NCBI RefSeq assembly: GCF_036365525.1
Contig: NC_090378.1
Coordinates: 118,529,593-118,593,592, forward strand
From: Heterodontus francisci
Taxonomy: Eukaryota
DNA: 64,000 nt
Direction of reading: 5' to 3'
Shown here: positions 15,001 to 30,000 of the stretch, piece after piece
Layout of the letters: each line of letters begins with the position of its first letter
Position numbering within the stretch: position 1 is the stretch's first letter
Position numbers and translations under genes: made by a program
Notes under the pieces: generated by a model
What the model was told of the DNA's origin: nothing
The model's database searches: none
What the model saw: the letters and a program-made list of their open reading frames with translations, nothing else

Positions 15001-18000
15001 CATTATTATATATTATATATAACTGTGGGATGTGTCAGTGCGGGAGGTGGGACTGTGTATCCAATATTATATATTATATATAACTGTGGGTTGTGTCAGT
15101 AGAGGAGGTGGGACTGTGTGTCCATTATTATATATTATATATAACTGTGGGTTGTGTCAGTAGAGGAGGTGGGACTGTGAGTCCATTATTATATATAATA
15201 TATAATTGTGGGATGTGTCAGTGCGGGAGGTGGGACTGTGTATCCAATATTATATATTATGTATAACTGTGGGATGTGTCAGTGCAGGAGGTGGGACTGT
15301 GTGTCCAATATTATATATTATGTATAACTGTGGGTTGTGTCAGTAGAGGAGGTGGGACTGTGAGTCCATTATTATATATAATATATAATTGTGGGATGTG
15401 TCAGTGCAGGAGGTGGGACTGTGTGTCCAATATTATATATTATATATAACTGTGGGATGTGTCAGTGCGGGAGGTGGGACTGTGTGTCCATTATTATATA
15501 TTATATATAACTGTGGAACGTGTCAGTGTGGGAGGTGGGACTATGCGTCCATTATTATATATTATATATAACTGTGGAAAGTGTCAGTCGAGGAGGTGGG
15601 ACTGTGTGTCCATTATTATATATTATATATAATTGTGGGATGTGTCAGTGCGGGAGGTGGGACCGTGTGTCCATTATTATATATTATATATAACTGTGGG
15701 ATGTGTCAGTACAGGAGGTGGGACTGTGTGTCCATTATTATATATTATATATAACTGTCGAACGTGTCAGTCGAGGAGGTGGGACTGTGCGTCCAATATT
15801 ATATATTATATATAACTGTGGGATGCGTCAGTGCGGGAGGTGGGACTGTGTGTCCATTATTATATATCATATATAAATGTGGGATGTGTCAGTGCAGGAG
15901 GTGGGACTGTGTGTCCATTATTATATATTATATATAACTGTCGGATGTGTCAGTGCGGGAGGTGGGACTGTGTGTCCATTATTATATATTCTAGATAACT
16001 GTCGGATGTGTCAGTACAGGAGGTGGGACTGTGTGTCCAATATTATGTCTTATACATAACTGTGGGATGTGTCAGTGCGGGAGGTGGGACTGTGTGTCCA
16101 TGAACATATATTATATATAACTGTGGGATGTGTCAGTACAGGACTTGGGACTGTGAGCCCATTATTATATATTCTAGGTAACAGTGGGATCTGTCAGGAC
16201 AGGAGGTGGGGCTGTGTGTCCAATATTATATATTATATATAACTGTCGGATGTGTCAGTCCAGGAGGTGGGACTGTGTGTCCAATATTATGTCTTATATA
16301 TAACTCTGGGACGTGTCAGTCCAGGAGGTGGGACTCTGTGTCCATTATTATATATTAGATATAACTGTGGGATGTGTCAGTACAGGAGGTGGGACTGTGT
16401 GTCCATTATTATATATTATATATAACTGTTGAATGTGTCAGTACAGGAGGTGGGACTGTGTGTCCATTATTATATATTATATATAAATGTGGGATGTGTC
16501 AGTGCAGGAGGTGGGACTGTGTGTCCATTATTATATATTATATATAACTGTGGGATGTGTCAGTACAGGACGTGGGACTGTGAGCCCATTATTATATATT
16601 CTAGATGACAGTGGGATGTGTCAGTACAGGGGGTGGGACTGTGTGTCCATTATTATATATTATATATAACTGTGGGATGTGTCAGTGCAGGAGGTGGGAC
16701 TGTGTGTCCATTATTATATATTATATATAACTGAGGGAAGTGTCAGGACAGGAGGTGGGACTGTGTGTCCATTATTATATATTATATATAACTGTGGGAT
16801 GTGTCAGTGCGGGAGGTGGGACTGTGTGTCGATTATAATATATTATATACAACTGTGGGATGTGTCAGTGCAGGAGGTGGGACTGTGTGTCCATTATTAT
16901 TATTAGATATAACAGTGGGATGTGTCAGTGCAGGAGGTGGGACTGTGTGTCGATTATTATATATTATATATAACTGTGGGATGTGTCAGTGCGGGAGGTG
17001 GGACTGTGTGTCCATTATTATATATTATATATAAATGTGGGATGTGTCAGAGCAGGAGGTGGGACTGTGTGTCCATTATTATCTATTATATATAACTGTG
17101 GGATGTGTCAGTGCGGGAGGTGGGACTGTGAGTCCATTATTATATATAATATATAATTGTGGGATGTGTCAGTGCAGGAGGTGGGACTGTGTGTCCAATA
17201 TTATATATTATATATAACTGTGGGATGTGTCAGTGCGGGAGGTGGGACTGTGTGTCCAATATTATATATTATATATAACTGTGGGTTGTGTCAGTAGAGG
17301 AGGTGGGACTGTGAGTCCATTATTATATATAATATATAATTGTGGGATGTGTCAGTGCGGGAGGTGGGACTGTGTGTCCATTATTATATATTATATATAA
17401 CTGTGGGTTGTGTCAGTAGAGGAGGTGGGACTGTGAGTCCATTATTATATATAATATATAATTGTGGGATGTGTCAGTGCGGGAGGTGGGACTGTGTATC
17501 CAATATTATATATTATGTATAACTGTGGGATGTGTCAGTGCGGGAGGTGGGACTGTGTGTCCAATATTATATAATATGTATAACTGTGGGTTGTGTCAGT
17601 AGAGGAGGTGGGACTGTGAGTCCATTATTATATATAATATATAATTGTGGGATGTGTCAGTGCAGGAGGTGGGACTGTGTGTCCAATATTATATATTATG
17701 TATAACTGTGGGTTGTGTCAGTAGAGGAGGTGGGACTGTGAGTCCATTATTATATATAATATATAATTGTGGGATGTGTCAGTGCAGGAGGTGGGACTGT
17801 GTGTCCAATATTATATATTATGTATAACTGTGGGTTGTGTCAGTAGAGGAGGTGGGACTGTGTGTCCAATATTATATATTATGTATAACTGTGGGATGTG
17901 TCAGTGCAGGAGGTGGGACTGTGTGTCCAATATTATATATTATATATAACTGTGGGATGTGTCAGTGCGGGAGGTGGGACTGTGTGTCCATTATTATATA

Positions 18001-21000
18001 TTATATATAACTGTGGGATGTGTCAGTGCGGGAGGTGGGACTGTGTGTCCATTATTATATATTATATATAACTGTGGGTTGTGTCAGTAGAGGAGGTGGG
18101 ACTGTGAGTCCATTATTACATATAATATATAATTGTGGGATGTGTCAGTGCAGGAGGTGGAACTGTTGTCCATTATTATATTTTATATATAAAGCTGTGG
18201 AACGTGTCAATGCAGGAGGTGGAACCATGTGTCCATTATTATATATCAAATATAACTGTGGAACGTGTCAGTCGAGGAGGTGGGACTGTGTGTCCATTAT
18301 TATATAATATATATAACTGTCGGTTGTGTCAGTACGGGAGGTGGGAATGTGTGTTTATTATTACATATTATATATAACTGTGGGACGTGTCAGTACAGGA
18401 GGTGGGACTGTGTGTCCATTGTAATATTATATATAACTGTGGGATGTGTCAGTACAGGAGGTGGGACTGTGTGTCTATTATTATATATTATATATAATTG
18501 TGGGATATGTCAGTACAGGAGGTGGGACTGTGTGCCCATTATTGTAGATTATATATAACTGTGAGATGTGTCAGTACAGAAGGTGGGACTGTGTGTCCAT
18601 TATTATATATTATATATAACTGTGGGATGTGTCAGTACAGGAGGTGGGACTGTGTGTCCATTATTATATATTACATATAACTGTGGGATGTGTCAGTACA
18701 GGAGGTGGGACTGTGTGTCTATTATTGTATATGTTATATAACTGTGAGATGTGTCAGTACAGAAGGTGGGACTGTGTGTCCATTATTATATATTATATAT
18801 AACTGTGGGATGTGTCAGTACAGGAGGTGGGACTGTGTGTCTATTATTGTATATGATATATAACTGTGAGATGTGTCAGTACAGAAGGTAGGACTGTGTG
18901 TCCATTATTATATATGATATATAACTGTGAGATGTGTCAGTACAGGAGGTGGGACTGTGTATCCATTATTATATATTATATATAACTGTGGGATATCTCA
19001 GTATAGGAGGTGGGACTGTGTGTCCATAATTATATATTATATATAACTGTGCGATATGTCAGTGCAGGAGGTGGGACTGTGTGTCCATAATTATATATTA
19101 TATATAACTGTGGGACGTGTCAGTGCAGGAGGTGGGACTGTGTGTCCATAATTATATATTATGTATAACTGTGGGTTGTGTCAGTAGAGGAGGTGGGACT
19201 GTGAGTCCATTATTATATATAATATATAATTGTGGGATGTGTCAGTGCAGGAGGTGGGACTGTGTGTCCAATATTATATATTATGTATAACTGTGGGTTG
19301 TGTCAGTAGAGGAGGTGGGACTGTGTGTCCAATATTATATATTATGTATAACTGTGGGATGTGTCAGTGCAGGAGGTGGGACTGTGTGTCCAATATTATG
19401 TATTATATATAACTGTGGGATGTGTCAGTGCGGGAGGTGGGACTGTGTGTCCATTATTATATATTATATATAACTGTGGGATGTGTCAGTGCGGGAGCTG
19501 GGACTGTGTGTCCATTATTATATATTATATATAACTGTGGGTTGTGTCAGTGGAGGAGGTGGGACTGTGAGTCCATTATTATATATTCTATATAATTGTG
19601 GGATGTGTCAGTGCAGGAGGTGGGACTGTTGTCCATTATTATATTTTATATATAAAGCTGTGGAACGTGTCAGTGCAGGAGGTGGAACCATGTGTCCATT
19701 ATTATATATCAAATATAACTGTGGAACGTGTCAGTCGAGGAGGTGGGACTGTGTGTCCATTATTATATAATATATATAACTGTCGGTTGTGTCAGTACAG
19801 GAGGTGGGAATGTGTGTTTATTATTACATATTATATATAACTGTGGGACGTGTCAGTACAGGAGGTGGGACTGTGTGTCCATTAGAATATTATATATAAC
19901 TGTGGGATGTGTCAGTACAGGAGGTGGGACTGTGTGTCCATTATTATATATTATATATAACTGTGGGATGTGTCAGTACAGGAGGTGGGACTGTGTGTCT
20001 ATTATTATATATTATATATAATTGTGGGATATGTCAGTACAGGAGGTGGGACTGTGTGTCCATTATTGTAGATTATATATAACTGTGAGATGTGTCAGTA
20101 CAGAAGGTGGGACTGTGTGTCCATTATTATATATTATATATAACTGTGGGATGTGTCAGTACAGGAGGTGGGACTGTGTGTCCATTATTATATATTATAT
20201 ATAACTGTGGGATGTGTCAGTACAGGAGGTGGGACTGTGTGTCTATTATTGTATATGTTATATAACTGTGAGATGTGTCAGTACAGAAGGTGGGACTGTG
20301 TGTCCATTATTATATATTATATATAACTGTGGGATGTGTCAGTACAGGAGGTGGGACTGTGTGTCTATTATTGTATATGATATATAACTGTGAGATGTGT
20401 CAGTACAGAAGGTAGGACTGTGTGTCCATTATTATATATGATATATAACTGTGAGATGTGTCAGTACAGGAGGTGGGACTGTGTATCCATTATTATATAT
20501 TATATATAACTGTGGGATATCTCAGTATAGGAGGTGGGACTGTGTGTCCATAATTATATCTTATATATAACTGTGGGATCTGTCAGTGCAGGAGGTGGGA
20601 CTGTGTGTCCATAATTATATATTATATATAACTGTGGGACGTGTCAGTGCAGGAGGTGGGACTGTGTGTCCATAATTATATATTATATATAACTGTGGGA
20701 CGTGTCAGTACAGGAGGTGGGACTGTGTATCCATTATTATATATTATATATAACTGTGGGATATGTCAGTATAGGAGGTGGGACTGTGTGTCCATTATTA
20801 TATATTATATATAACTGAGGGATGTTTCAGTACAGGAGGTGGGACTGTGTGTCCATTATTATATATTACATATAACTGTGGGATGTGTCAGTACAGGAGC
20901 TGGGACTGTGTGTTCATTATTATAGATTATATATAACTGTGGGATGTCTCAGTGCAGGAGGTGGGACTGTGTGTCCAATATGATATATTATATATAACTG

Positions 21001-24000
21001 TGGGATGTGTCAGTGCAGGAGGTGGGACTGTGTGTCCATTATTATATATTATATATAACTGTGGGATGTGTCAGTACAGTAGGTGGGACTGTGAGTCAAT
21101 TATTATATATCATATATAACTGTGGGATGTGTCAGTGCGGGAGGTGGGACTGTGTGTCTATTATTATATATTATATATAACTGTCGGTTGTGTCAGTACA
21201 GGCGGTGGGACTGTGTGTCCATTATAATATTATTTATAACTGTGGGACGTGTCAGTACAGGAGGTGGGACTGTGTGTCCATTATTATATATTATATATAA
21301 ATGTGGAATATGTCAGTATCGGAGGTGGGACTGTGTGTCCATTATTGTATATGACATATGACTGTGAGATGTGTCAGTACAGGAGGTGGGACTCTGTGTC
21401 CATTATTATATATTATATATAACTGTGGGATGTGTCAGTACAGGAGGTGGGACTGTGTGTCCATGATAAGATTATATATAACTGTGGGATGTGTCAGTAC
21501 AGGAGGTGGGACTGTTTGTCCATTATTATATATTATATATAATTGTGGGATATGTCAGTACAGGAGGTGGGACTGTGTGTCCATTATTATATATTATATA
21601 TAACTGTGTGATGTGTCAGTACAGGAGGTGGGACTGTGTGCCCATTATTATATATTATATATAACTGTGGAACGTGTCAGTCGAGGAGGTGGGACTGTGT
21701 GTCCATTAATATATATTATAGAGAACAGTGGGATGTGTCAGTACAGGAGGTGGGACTGTGTGTCCAATATTATATATTATATATAACTGTGGGATGTGTC
21801 AGTGCAGGTGGTGGGACCGTGTGTCCATTATTATATATTGTATATAACTGTGGGATGTGTCAGTAGAGGAGGTGGGACTGTGTGTCCATTATTATATATT
21901 ATATGTAACTGTGGGATGTGTCAGTGCGGGAGGTGGGACTGTGTGTCCAATATTATATATTACATATAACTGTGGGATGTGTCAGTGCGGGAGGTGGGAC
22001 CATGTGTCCATTATTATCTATTATATATAACTGTGGGATGTGTCAGTGCGGGAGGTGGGACCATGTGTCCATTATTATATATAATATATAACTGTGGGTT
22101 GTGTCAGTAGAGGAGGTGGGACTGTGAGTCCATTATTATATATTATATATAACTGTGGGATGTGTCAGTGCAGGAGGTGGCAATGTGTGTCCCTTATTAT
22201 ATATTATATACAACTGTGGGATGTGTCAGTGCGGGAGGTGGGACTGTTGTCCATTATTATATATTATATATAACTGTGGGATGTGTCAGTACAGGAGCTG
22301 GGACTGTCTGTCCATTATTATATATCATATATAACTGTGTGATGTGGCAGTACAGGAGGTGGGACGGTGTGTCCATAATTATATATTATATATAACTGTG
22401 GGACGTGTCAGTACAGGAGGTGGGACTGTGTATCCATTATTATATATTATATATAACTGTGGGATGTGTCAGTGCAGGAGGTGGGACTGTGTCTCCATTA
22501 TTATATATTATATATAACTGTGGGATGTGTCAGTGCGGGAGGTGGGACTGTGTGTCCATTATTATATATTATATATAACTGTGGGATGTGTCAGTACAGG
22601 AGGTGGGACTGTGTGTTCATTCTGATATATTATATATAACTGTGGGACGTGTCAGTGCAGGGCTTGGGACTGTGTATCCATTATTATATATTATATATAA
22701 CTGTGGGATGTGTCAGTACAGGAGGTGGGACTGTGTGTCCATTATTATATATTATATATAACTGTGGGACGTGTCAGTGCAGGGGTTGGGACTGTGTATC
22801 CATTATTATATATTATATATAACTGTGGGATGTGTCAGTACAGGAGGTGGGACTGTGTGTCCATTATTATATATTAAATATAACTGTGGGACGTGTCAGT
22901 GCAGGGGTTGGGACTGTGTATCCATTATTATATATTATATATAACTGTGGGATGTGTCAGTACAGGAGGTGGGACTGTGTATCCATTATTATATATTATA
23001 TATAACTGTGGGATGTGTCAGTGCAGGAGGTGGGACTGTGTCTCCATTATTATATATTATATATAACTGTGGGATGCGTCAGTGCGGGAGGTGGGACTGT
23101 GTGTCCATTATTATATATTATATATAACTGTGGGATGTGTCAGTGCGGGAGGTGGGACTGTGTGTCCATTATTATATATTATATATAACTGTGGGATGTG
23201 TCAGTACAGGAGGTGGGACTGTGTATCCATTATTATATATTATATATAACTGTGGGATGTGTCAGTACAGGAGGTGGGACTGTGTGTCCATTATTATATA
23301 TTAAATATAACTGTGGGATGTGTCAGTACAGGAGGTGGGACTGTGTGTCCATTATTATATATTAAATATAACTGTGGGACGTGTCAGTGCAGGGGTTGGG
23401 ACTGTGTATCCATTATTATATATTATATATAACTGTGGGATGTGTCAGTACAGGAGGTGGGACTGTGTATCCATTATTATATATTATATATAACTGTGGG
23501 ATGTGTCAGTGCAGGAGGTGGGACTGTGTCTCCATTATTATATATTATATATAACTGTGGGATGTGTCAGTGCAGAAGGTGGGACTGTGTCTCCATTATT
23601 ATATATTATATATAACTGTGGGATGTGTCAGTACAGGAGGTGGGACTGTGTGTTCATTATGATATATTATATATAACTGTGGGACGTGTCAGTGCAGGGC
23701 TTGGGACTGTGTATCCATTATTATATATTATATATAACTGTGGGATGTGTCAGTACAGGAGGTGGGACTGTGTGTCCATTATTATATATTATATATAACT
23801 GTGGGACGTGTCAGTGCAGGGGTTGGGACTGTGTGTTCATTATTATATATTATATATAACTGTGGGACGTGTCAGTGCAGGGGTTGGGACTGTGTATCCA
23901 TTATTATATATTATATATAACTGTGGGACGTGTCAGTGCAGGGGTTGGGACTGTGTGTTCATTATTATATATTATATATAACTGTGGGCCGTGTCAGTAC

Positions 24001-27000
24001 AGGAGGTGGGAATGTGTGTCCATTATTATATATTATATATAACTGTGGGATGCGTCAGGACAGGAGGTGGGACTGTGTGTTCATTATTATATATTATATA
24101 TAACTGTGGGCCGTGTCAGTACAGGAGGTGGGACTGTGTGTCCATTATTATATATTATATATAACTGTGGGATGCGTCAGTATAGGAGGTGGGACTGTGC
24201 GTCCATTATTATATATTATATATAACTGTGGGATGCGTCAGTACAGGAGGTGGGACTGTGTGTTCATTATTATATATTATATATAACTGTGGGCCGTGTC
24301 AGTACAGGAGGTGGGACTGTGTATCCATTATTATATATTATATATAACTGTGGGCCGTGTCAGTGCTGGAGGTGGGACTGTGTGTCCATTATTATATATT
24401 ATATATAACTGTGGGCCGTGTCAGTACAGGAGGTGGGACTGTGTATCCATTATTATATATTATATATAACTGTGGGATGTGTCAGTACAGGAGGTGGGAC
24501 TGTGTGTCCATTATTATATATTATATATAACTGTGGGCCGTGTCAGTGCTGGAGGTGGGACTGTGTGTCCATTATTATATATTATATATAACTGTGGGAT
24601 GCGTCAGTACAGGAGGTGGGACTGTGTGTCCATTATTATATATTGTATATAACTGTGGGATGCGTCAGTACAGGAGGTGGGACTGTGTGTCCATTATTAT
24701 ATATTATATATAACTGTGGGATGCGTCAGTACAGGAGGTGGGACTGTGTGTCCATTATTATATATTATATATAACTGTGGGATGTGTCAGTACAGGAGGT
24801 GGGACTGTGTGTCCATTATTATATATTATATATAACAGTGGGACATGTCAGTACAGGAGGTGGGACTGTGTGTCCATTATTATATATTATATATAACTGT
24901 GGGATGCGTCAGTACAGGAGGTGGGACTGTGTGTCCATTATTATATATTATATAGAACTGTGGGATGCGTCAGTACAGGAGGTGGGACTGTGTGTTCATT
25001 ATTATATATTATATATAACTGTGGGATGTGTTAGTACAGGAGGTGGGACTGTGTGTCCATTATTATATATTATATATAACTGTGGGATGCGTCAGTACAG
25101 GAGGTGGGACTGTGTATCCATTATTATATATTATATATAACTGTGGGATGTGTCAGTACAGGAGGTGGGACTGTGTGTCCATTATTATATATTATATATA
25201 ACTGTGGGCCGTGTCAGTGCTGGAGGTGGGACTGTGTGTCCATTATTATATATTATATATAAATGTGGGATGCGTCAGTACAGGAGGTGGGACTGTGTGT
25301 CCATTATTATATATTGTATATAACTGTGGGATGCGTCAGTACAGGAGGTGGGACTGTGTGTCCATTATTATATATTGTATATAACTGTGGGATGCGTCAG
25401 TACAGGAGGTGGGACTGTGTGTCCATTATTATATATTATATATAACTGTGGGATGCGTCAGTACAGGAGGTGGGACTGTGTGTCCATTATTATATATTAT
25501 ATATAACTGTGGGATGCGTCAGTACAGGAGGTGGGACTGTGTGTTCATTATTATATATTATATATAACTGTGGGATGTGTCAGTACAGGAGGTGGGACTG
25601 TGTGTCCATTATTATATATTATATATAACTGTGGGATGTGTCAGTGCAGGAGGTGGGACTGTGTGTCCATTATTATATATTATATATAACTGTGGGATGC
25701 GTCAGTACAGGAGGTGGGACTGTGTATCCATTATTATATATTATATATAACTGTGGGATGTGTCAGTACAGGAGGTGGGACTGTGTGTCCATTATTATAT
25801 ATTATATATAACTGTGGGCCGTGTCAGTGCTGGAGGTGGGACTGTGTGTCCATTATTATATATTATATATAACTGTGGGATGCGTCAGTACAGGAGGTGG
25901 GACTGTGTGTCCATTATTATATATTGTATATAACTGTGGGATGCGTCAGTACAGGAGGTGGGACTGTGTGTCCATTATTATATATTGTATATAACTGTGG
26001 GATGCGTCAGTACAGGAGGTGGGACTGTGTGTCCATTATTATATATTGTATATAACTGTGGGCCGTGTCAGTGCACGAGGTGGGACTGTGTGTCCATTAT
26101 TATATATTGTATATAACTGTGGGATGCGTCAGTACAGGAGGTGGGACTGTGTGTCCATTATTATATATTATATATAACTGTGGGATGCGTCAGTACAGGA
26201 GGTGGGACTGTGTGTCCATTATTATATATTATATATAACTGTGGGATGCGTCAGTACAGGAGGTGGGACTGTGTGTTCATTATTATATATTATATATAAC
26301 TGTGGGATGTGTCAGTACAGGAGGTGGGACTGTGTGTCCATTATTATATATTATATATAACTGTGGGATGTGTCAGTGCAGGAGGTGGGACTGTGTGTCC
26401 ATTATTATATATTATATATAACTGTGGGATGCGTCAGTACAGGAGGTGGGACTGTGTATCCATTATTATATATTATATATAACTGTGGGATGTGTCAGTA
26501 CAGGAGGTGGGACTGTGTGTCCATTATTATATATTATATATAACTGTGGGCCGTGTCAGTGCTGGAGGTGGGACTGTGTGTCCATTATTATATATTATAT
26601 ATAACTGTGGGATGCGTCAGTACAGGAGGTGGGACTGTGTGTCCATTATTATATATTGTATATAACTGTGGGATGCGTCAGTACAGGAGGTGGGACTGTG
26701 TGTCCATTATTATATATTGTATATAACTGTGGGATGCGTCAGTACAGGAGGTGGGACTGTGTGTCCATTATTATATATTGTATATAACTGTGGGCCGTGT
26801 CAGTGCAGGAGGTGGGACTGTGTCTCCATTATTATATATTATATATAACTGTGGGATGTGTCAGTACAGGAGGTGGGACTGTGTATCCATTATTATATAT
26901 TATATATAACTGTGGGATGTGTCAGTGCAGGAGGTGGGACTGTGTCTCCATTATTATATATTATATATAACTGTGGGATGTGTCAGTGCAGAAGGTGGGA

Positions 27001-30000
27001 CTGTGTCTCCATTATTATATATTATATATAACTGTGGGATGTGTCAGTACAGGAGGTGGGACTGTGTGTTCATTATGATATATTATATATAACTGTGGGA
27101 CGTGTCAGTGCAGGGCTTGGGACTGTGTATCCATTATTATATATTATATATAACTGTGGGATGTGTCAGTACAGGAGGTGGGACTGTGTGTCCATTATTA
27201 TATATTATATATAACTGTGGGACGTGTCAGTGCAGGGGTTGGGACTGTGTGTTCATTATTATATATTATATATAACTGTGGGACGTGTCAGTGCAGGGGT
27301 TGGGACTGTGTATCCATTATTATATATTATATATAACTGTGGGACGTGTCAGTGCAGGGGTTGGGACTGTGTGTTCATTATTATATATTATATATAACTG
27401 TGGGCCGTGTCAGTACAGGAGGTGGGAATGTGTGTCCATTATTATATATTATATATAACTGTGGGATGCGTCAGGACAGGAGGTGGGACTGTGTGTTCAT
27501 TATTATATATTATATATAACTGTGGGCCGTGTCAGTACAGGAGGTGGGACTGTGTGTCCATTATTATATATTATATATAACTGTGGGATGCGTCAGTATA
27601 GGAGGTGGGACTGTGCGTCCATTATTATATATTATATATAACTGTGGGATGCGTCAGTACAGGAGGTGGGACTGTGTGTTCATTATTATATATTATATAT
27701 AACTGTGGGCCGTGTCAGTACAGGAGGTGGGACTGTGTATCCATTATTATATATTATATATAACTGTGGGCCGTGTCAGTGCTGGAGGTGGGACTGTGTG
27801 TCCATTATTATATATTATATATAACTGTGGGCCGTGTCAGTACAGGAGGTGGGACTGTGTATCCATTATTATATATTATATATAACTGTGGGATGTGTCA
27901 GTACAGGAGGTGGGACTGTGTGTCCATTATTATATATTATATATAACTGTGGGCCGTGTCAGTGCTGGAGGTGGGACTGTGTGTCCATTATTATATATTA
28001 TATATAACTGTGGGATGCGTCAGTACAGGAGGTGGGACTGTGTGTCCATTATTATATATTGTATATAACTGTGGGATGCGTCAGTACAGGAGGTGGGACT
28101 GTGTGTCCATTATTATATATTATATATAACTGTGGGATGCGTCAGTACAGGAGGTGGGACTGTGTGTCCATTATTATATATTATATATAACTGTGGGATG
28201 TGTCAGTACAGGAGGTGGGACTGTGTGTCCATTATTATATATTATATATAACAGTGGGACATGTCAGTACAGGAGGTGGGACTGTGTGTCCATTATTATA
28301 TATTATATATAACTGTGGGATGCGTCAGTACAGGAGGTGGGACTGTGTGTCCATTATTATATATTATATAGAACTGTGGGATGCGTCAGTACAGGAGGTG
28401 GGACTGTGTGTTCATTATTATATATTATATATAACTGTGGGATGTGTTAGTACAGGAGGTGGGACTGTGTGTCCATTATTATATATTATATATAACTGTG
28501 GGATGCGTCAGTACAGGAGGTGGGACTGTGTATCCATTATTATATATTATATATAACTGTGGGATGTGTCAGTACAGGAGGTGGGACTGTGTGTCCATTA
28601 TTATATATTATATATAACTGTGGGCCGTGTCAGTGCTGGAGGTGGGACTGTGTGTCCATTATTATATATTATATATAAATGTGGGATGCGTCAGTACAGG
28701 AGGTGGGACTGTGTGTCCATTATTATATATTGTATATAACTGTGGGATGCGTCAGTACAGGAGGTGGGACTGTGTGTCCATTATTATATATTGTATATAA
28801 CTGTGGGATGCGTCAGTACAGGAGGTGGGACTGTGTGTCCATTATTATATATTATATATAACTGTGGGATGCGTCAGTACAGGAGGTGGGACTGTGTGTC
28901 CATTATTATATATTATATATAACTGTGGGATGCGTCAGTACAGGAGGTGGGACTGTGTGTTCATTATTATATATTATATATAACTGTGGGATGTGTCAGT
29001 ACAGGAGGTGGGACTGTGTGTCCATTATTATATATTATATATAACTGTGGGATGTGTCAGTGCAGGAGGTGGGACTGTGTGTCCATTATTATATATTATA
29101 TATAACTGTGGGATGCGTCAGTACAGGAGGTGGGACTGTGTATCCATTATTATATATTATATATAACTGTGGGATGTGTCAGTACAGGAGGTGGGACTGT
29201 GTGTCCATTATTATATATTATATATAACTGTGGGCCGTGTCAGTGCTGGAGGTGGGACTGTGTGTCCATTATTATATATTATATATAACTGTGGGATGCG
29301 TCAGTACAGGAGGTGGGACTGTGTGTCCATTATTATATATTGTATATAACTGTGGGATGCGTCAGTACAGGAGGTGGGACTGTGTGTCCATTATTATATA
29401 TTGTATATAACTGTGGGATGCGTCAGTACAGGAGGTGGGACTGTGTGTCCATTATTATATATTGTATATAACTGTGGGCCGTGTCAGTGCACGAGGTGGG
29501 ACTGTGTGTCCATTATTATATATTGTATATAACTGTGGGATGCGTCAGTACAGGAGGTGGGACTGTGTGTCCATTATTATATATTATATATAACTGTGGG
29601 ATGCGTCAGTACAGGAGGTGGGACTGTGTGTCCATTATTATATATTATATATAACTGTGGGATGCGTCAGTACAGGAGGTGGGACTGTGTGTTCATTATT
29701 ATATATTATATATAACTGTGGGATGTGTCAGTACAGGAGGTGGGACTGTGTGTCCATTATTATATATTATATATAACTGTGGGATGTGTCAGTGCAGGAG
29801 GTGGGACTGTGTGTCCATTATTATATATTATATATAACTGTGGGATGCGTCAGTACAGGAGGTGGGACTGTGTATCCATTATTATATATTATATATAACT
29901 GTGGGATGTGTCAGTACAGGAGGTGGGACTGTGTGTCCATTATTATATATTATATATAACTGTGGGCCGTGTCAGTGCTGGAGGTGGGACTGTGTGTCCA

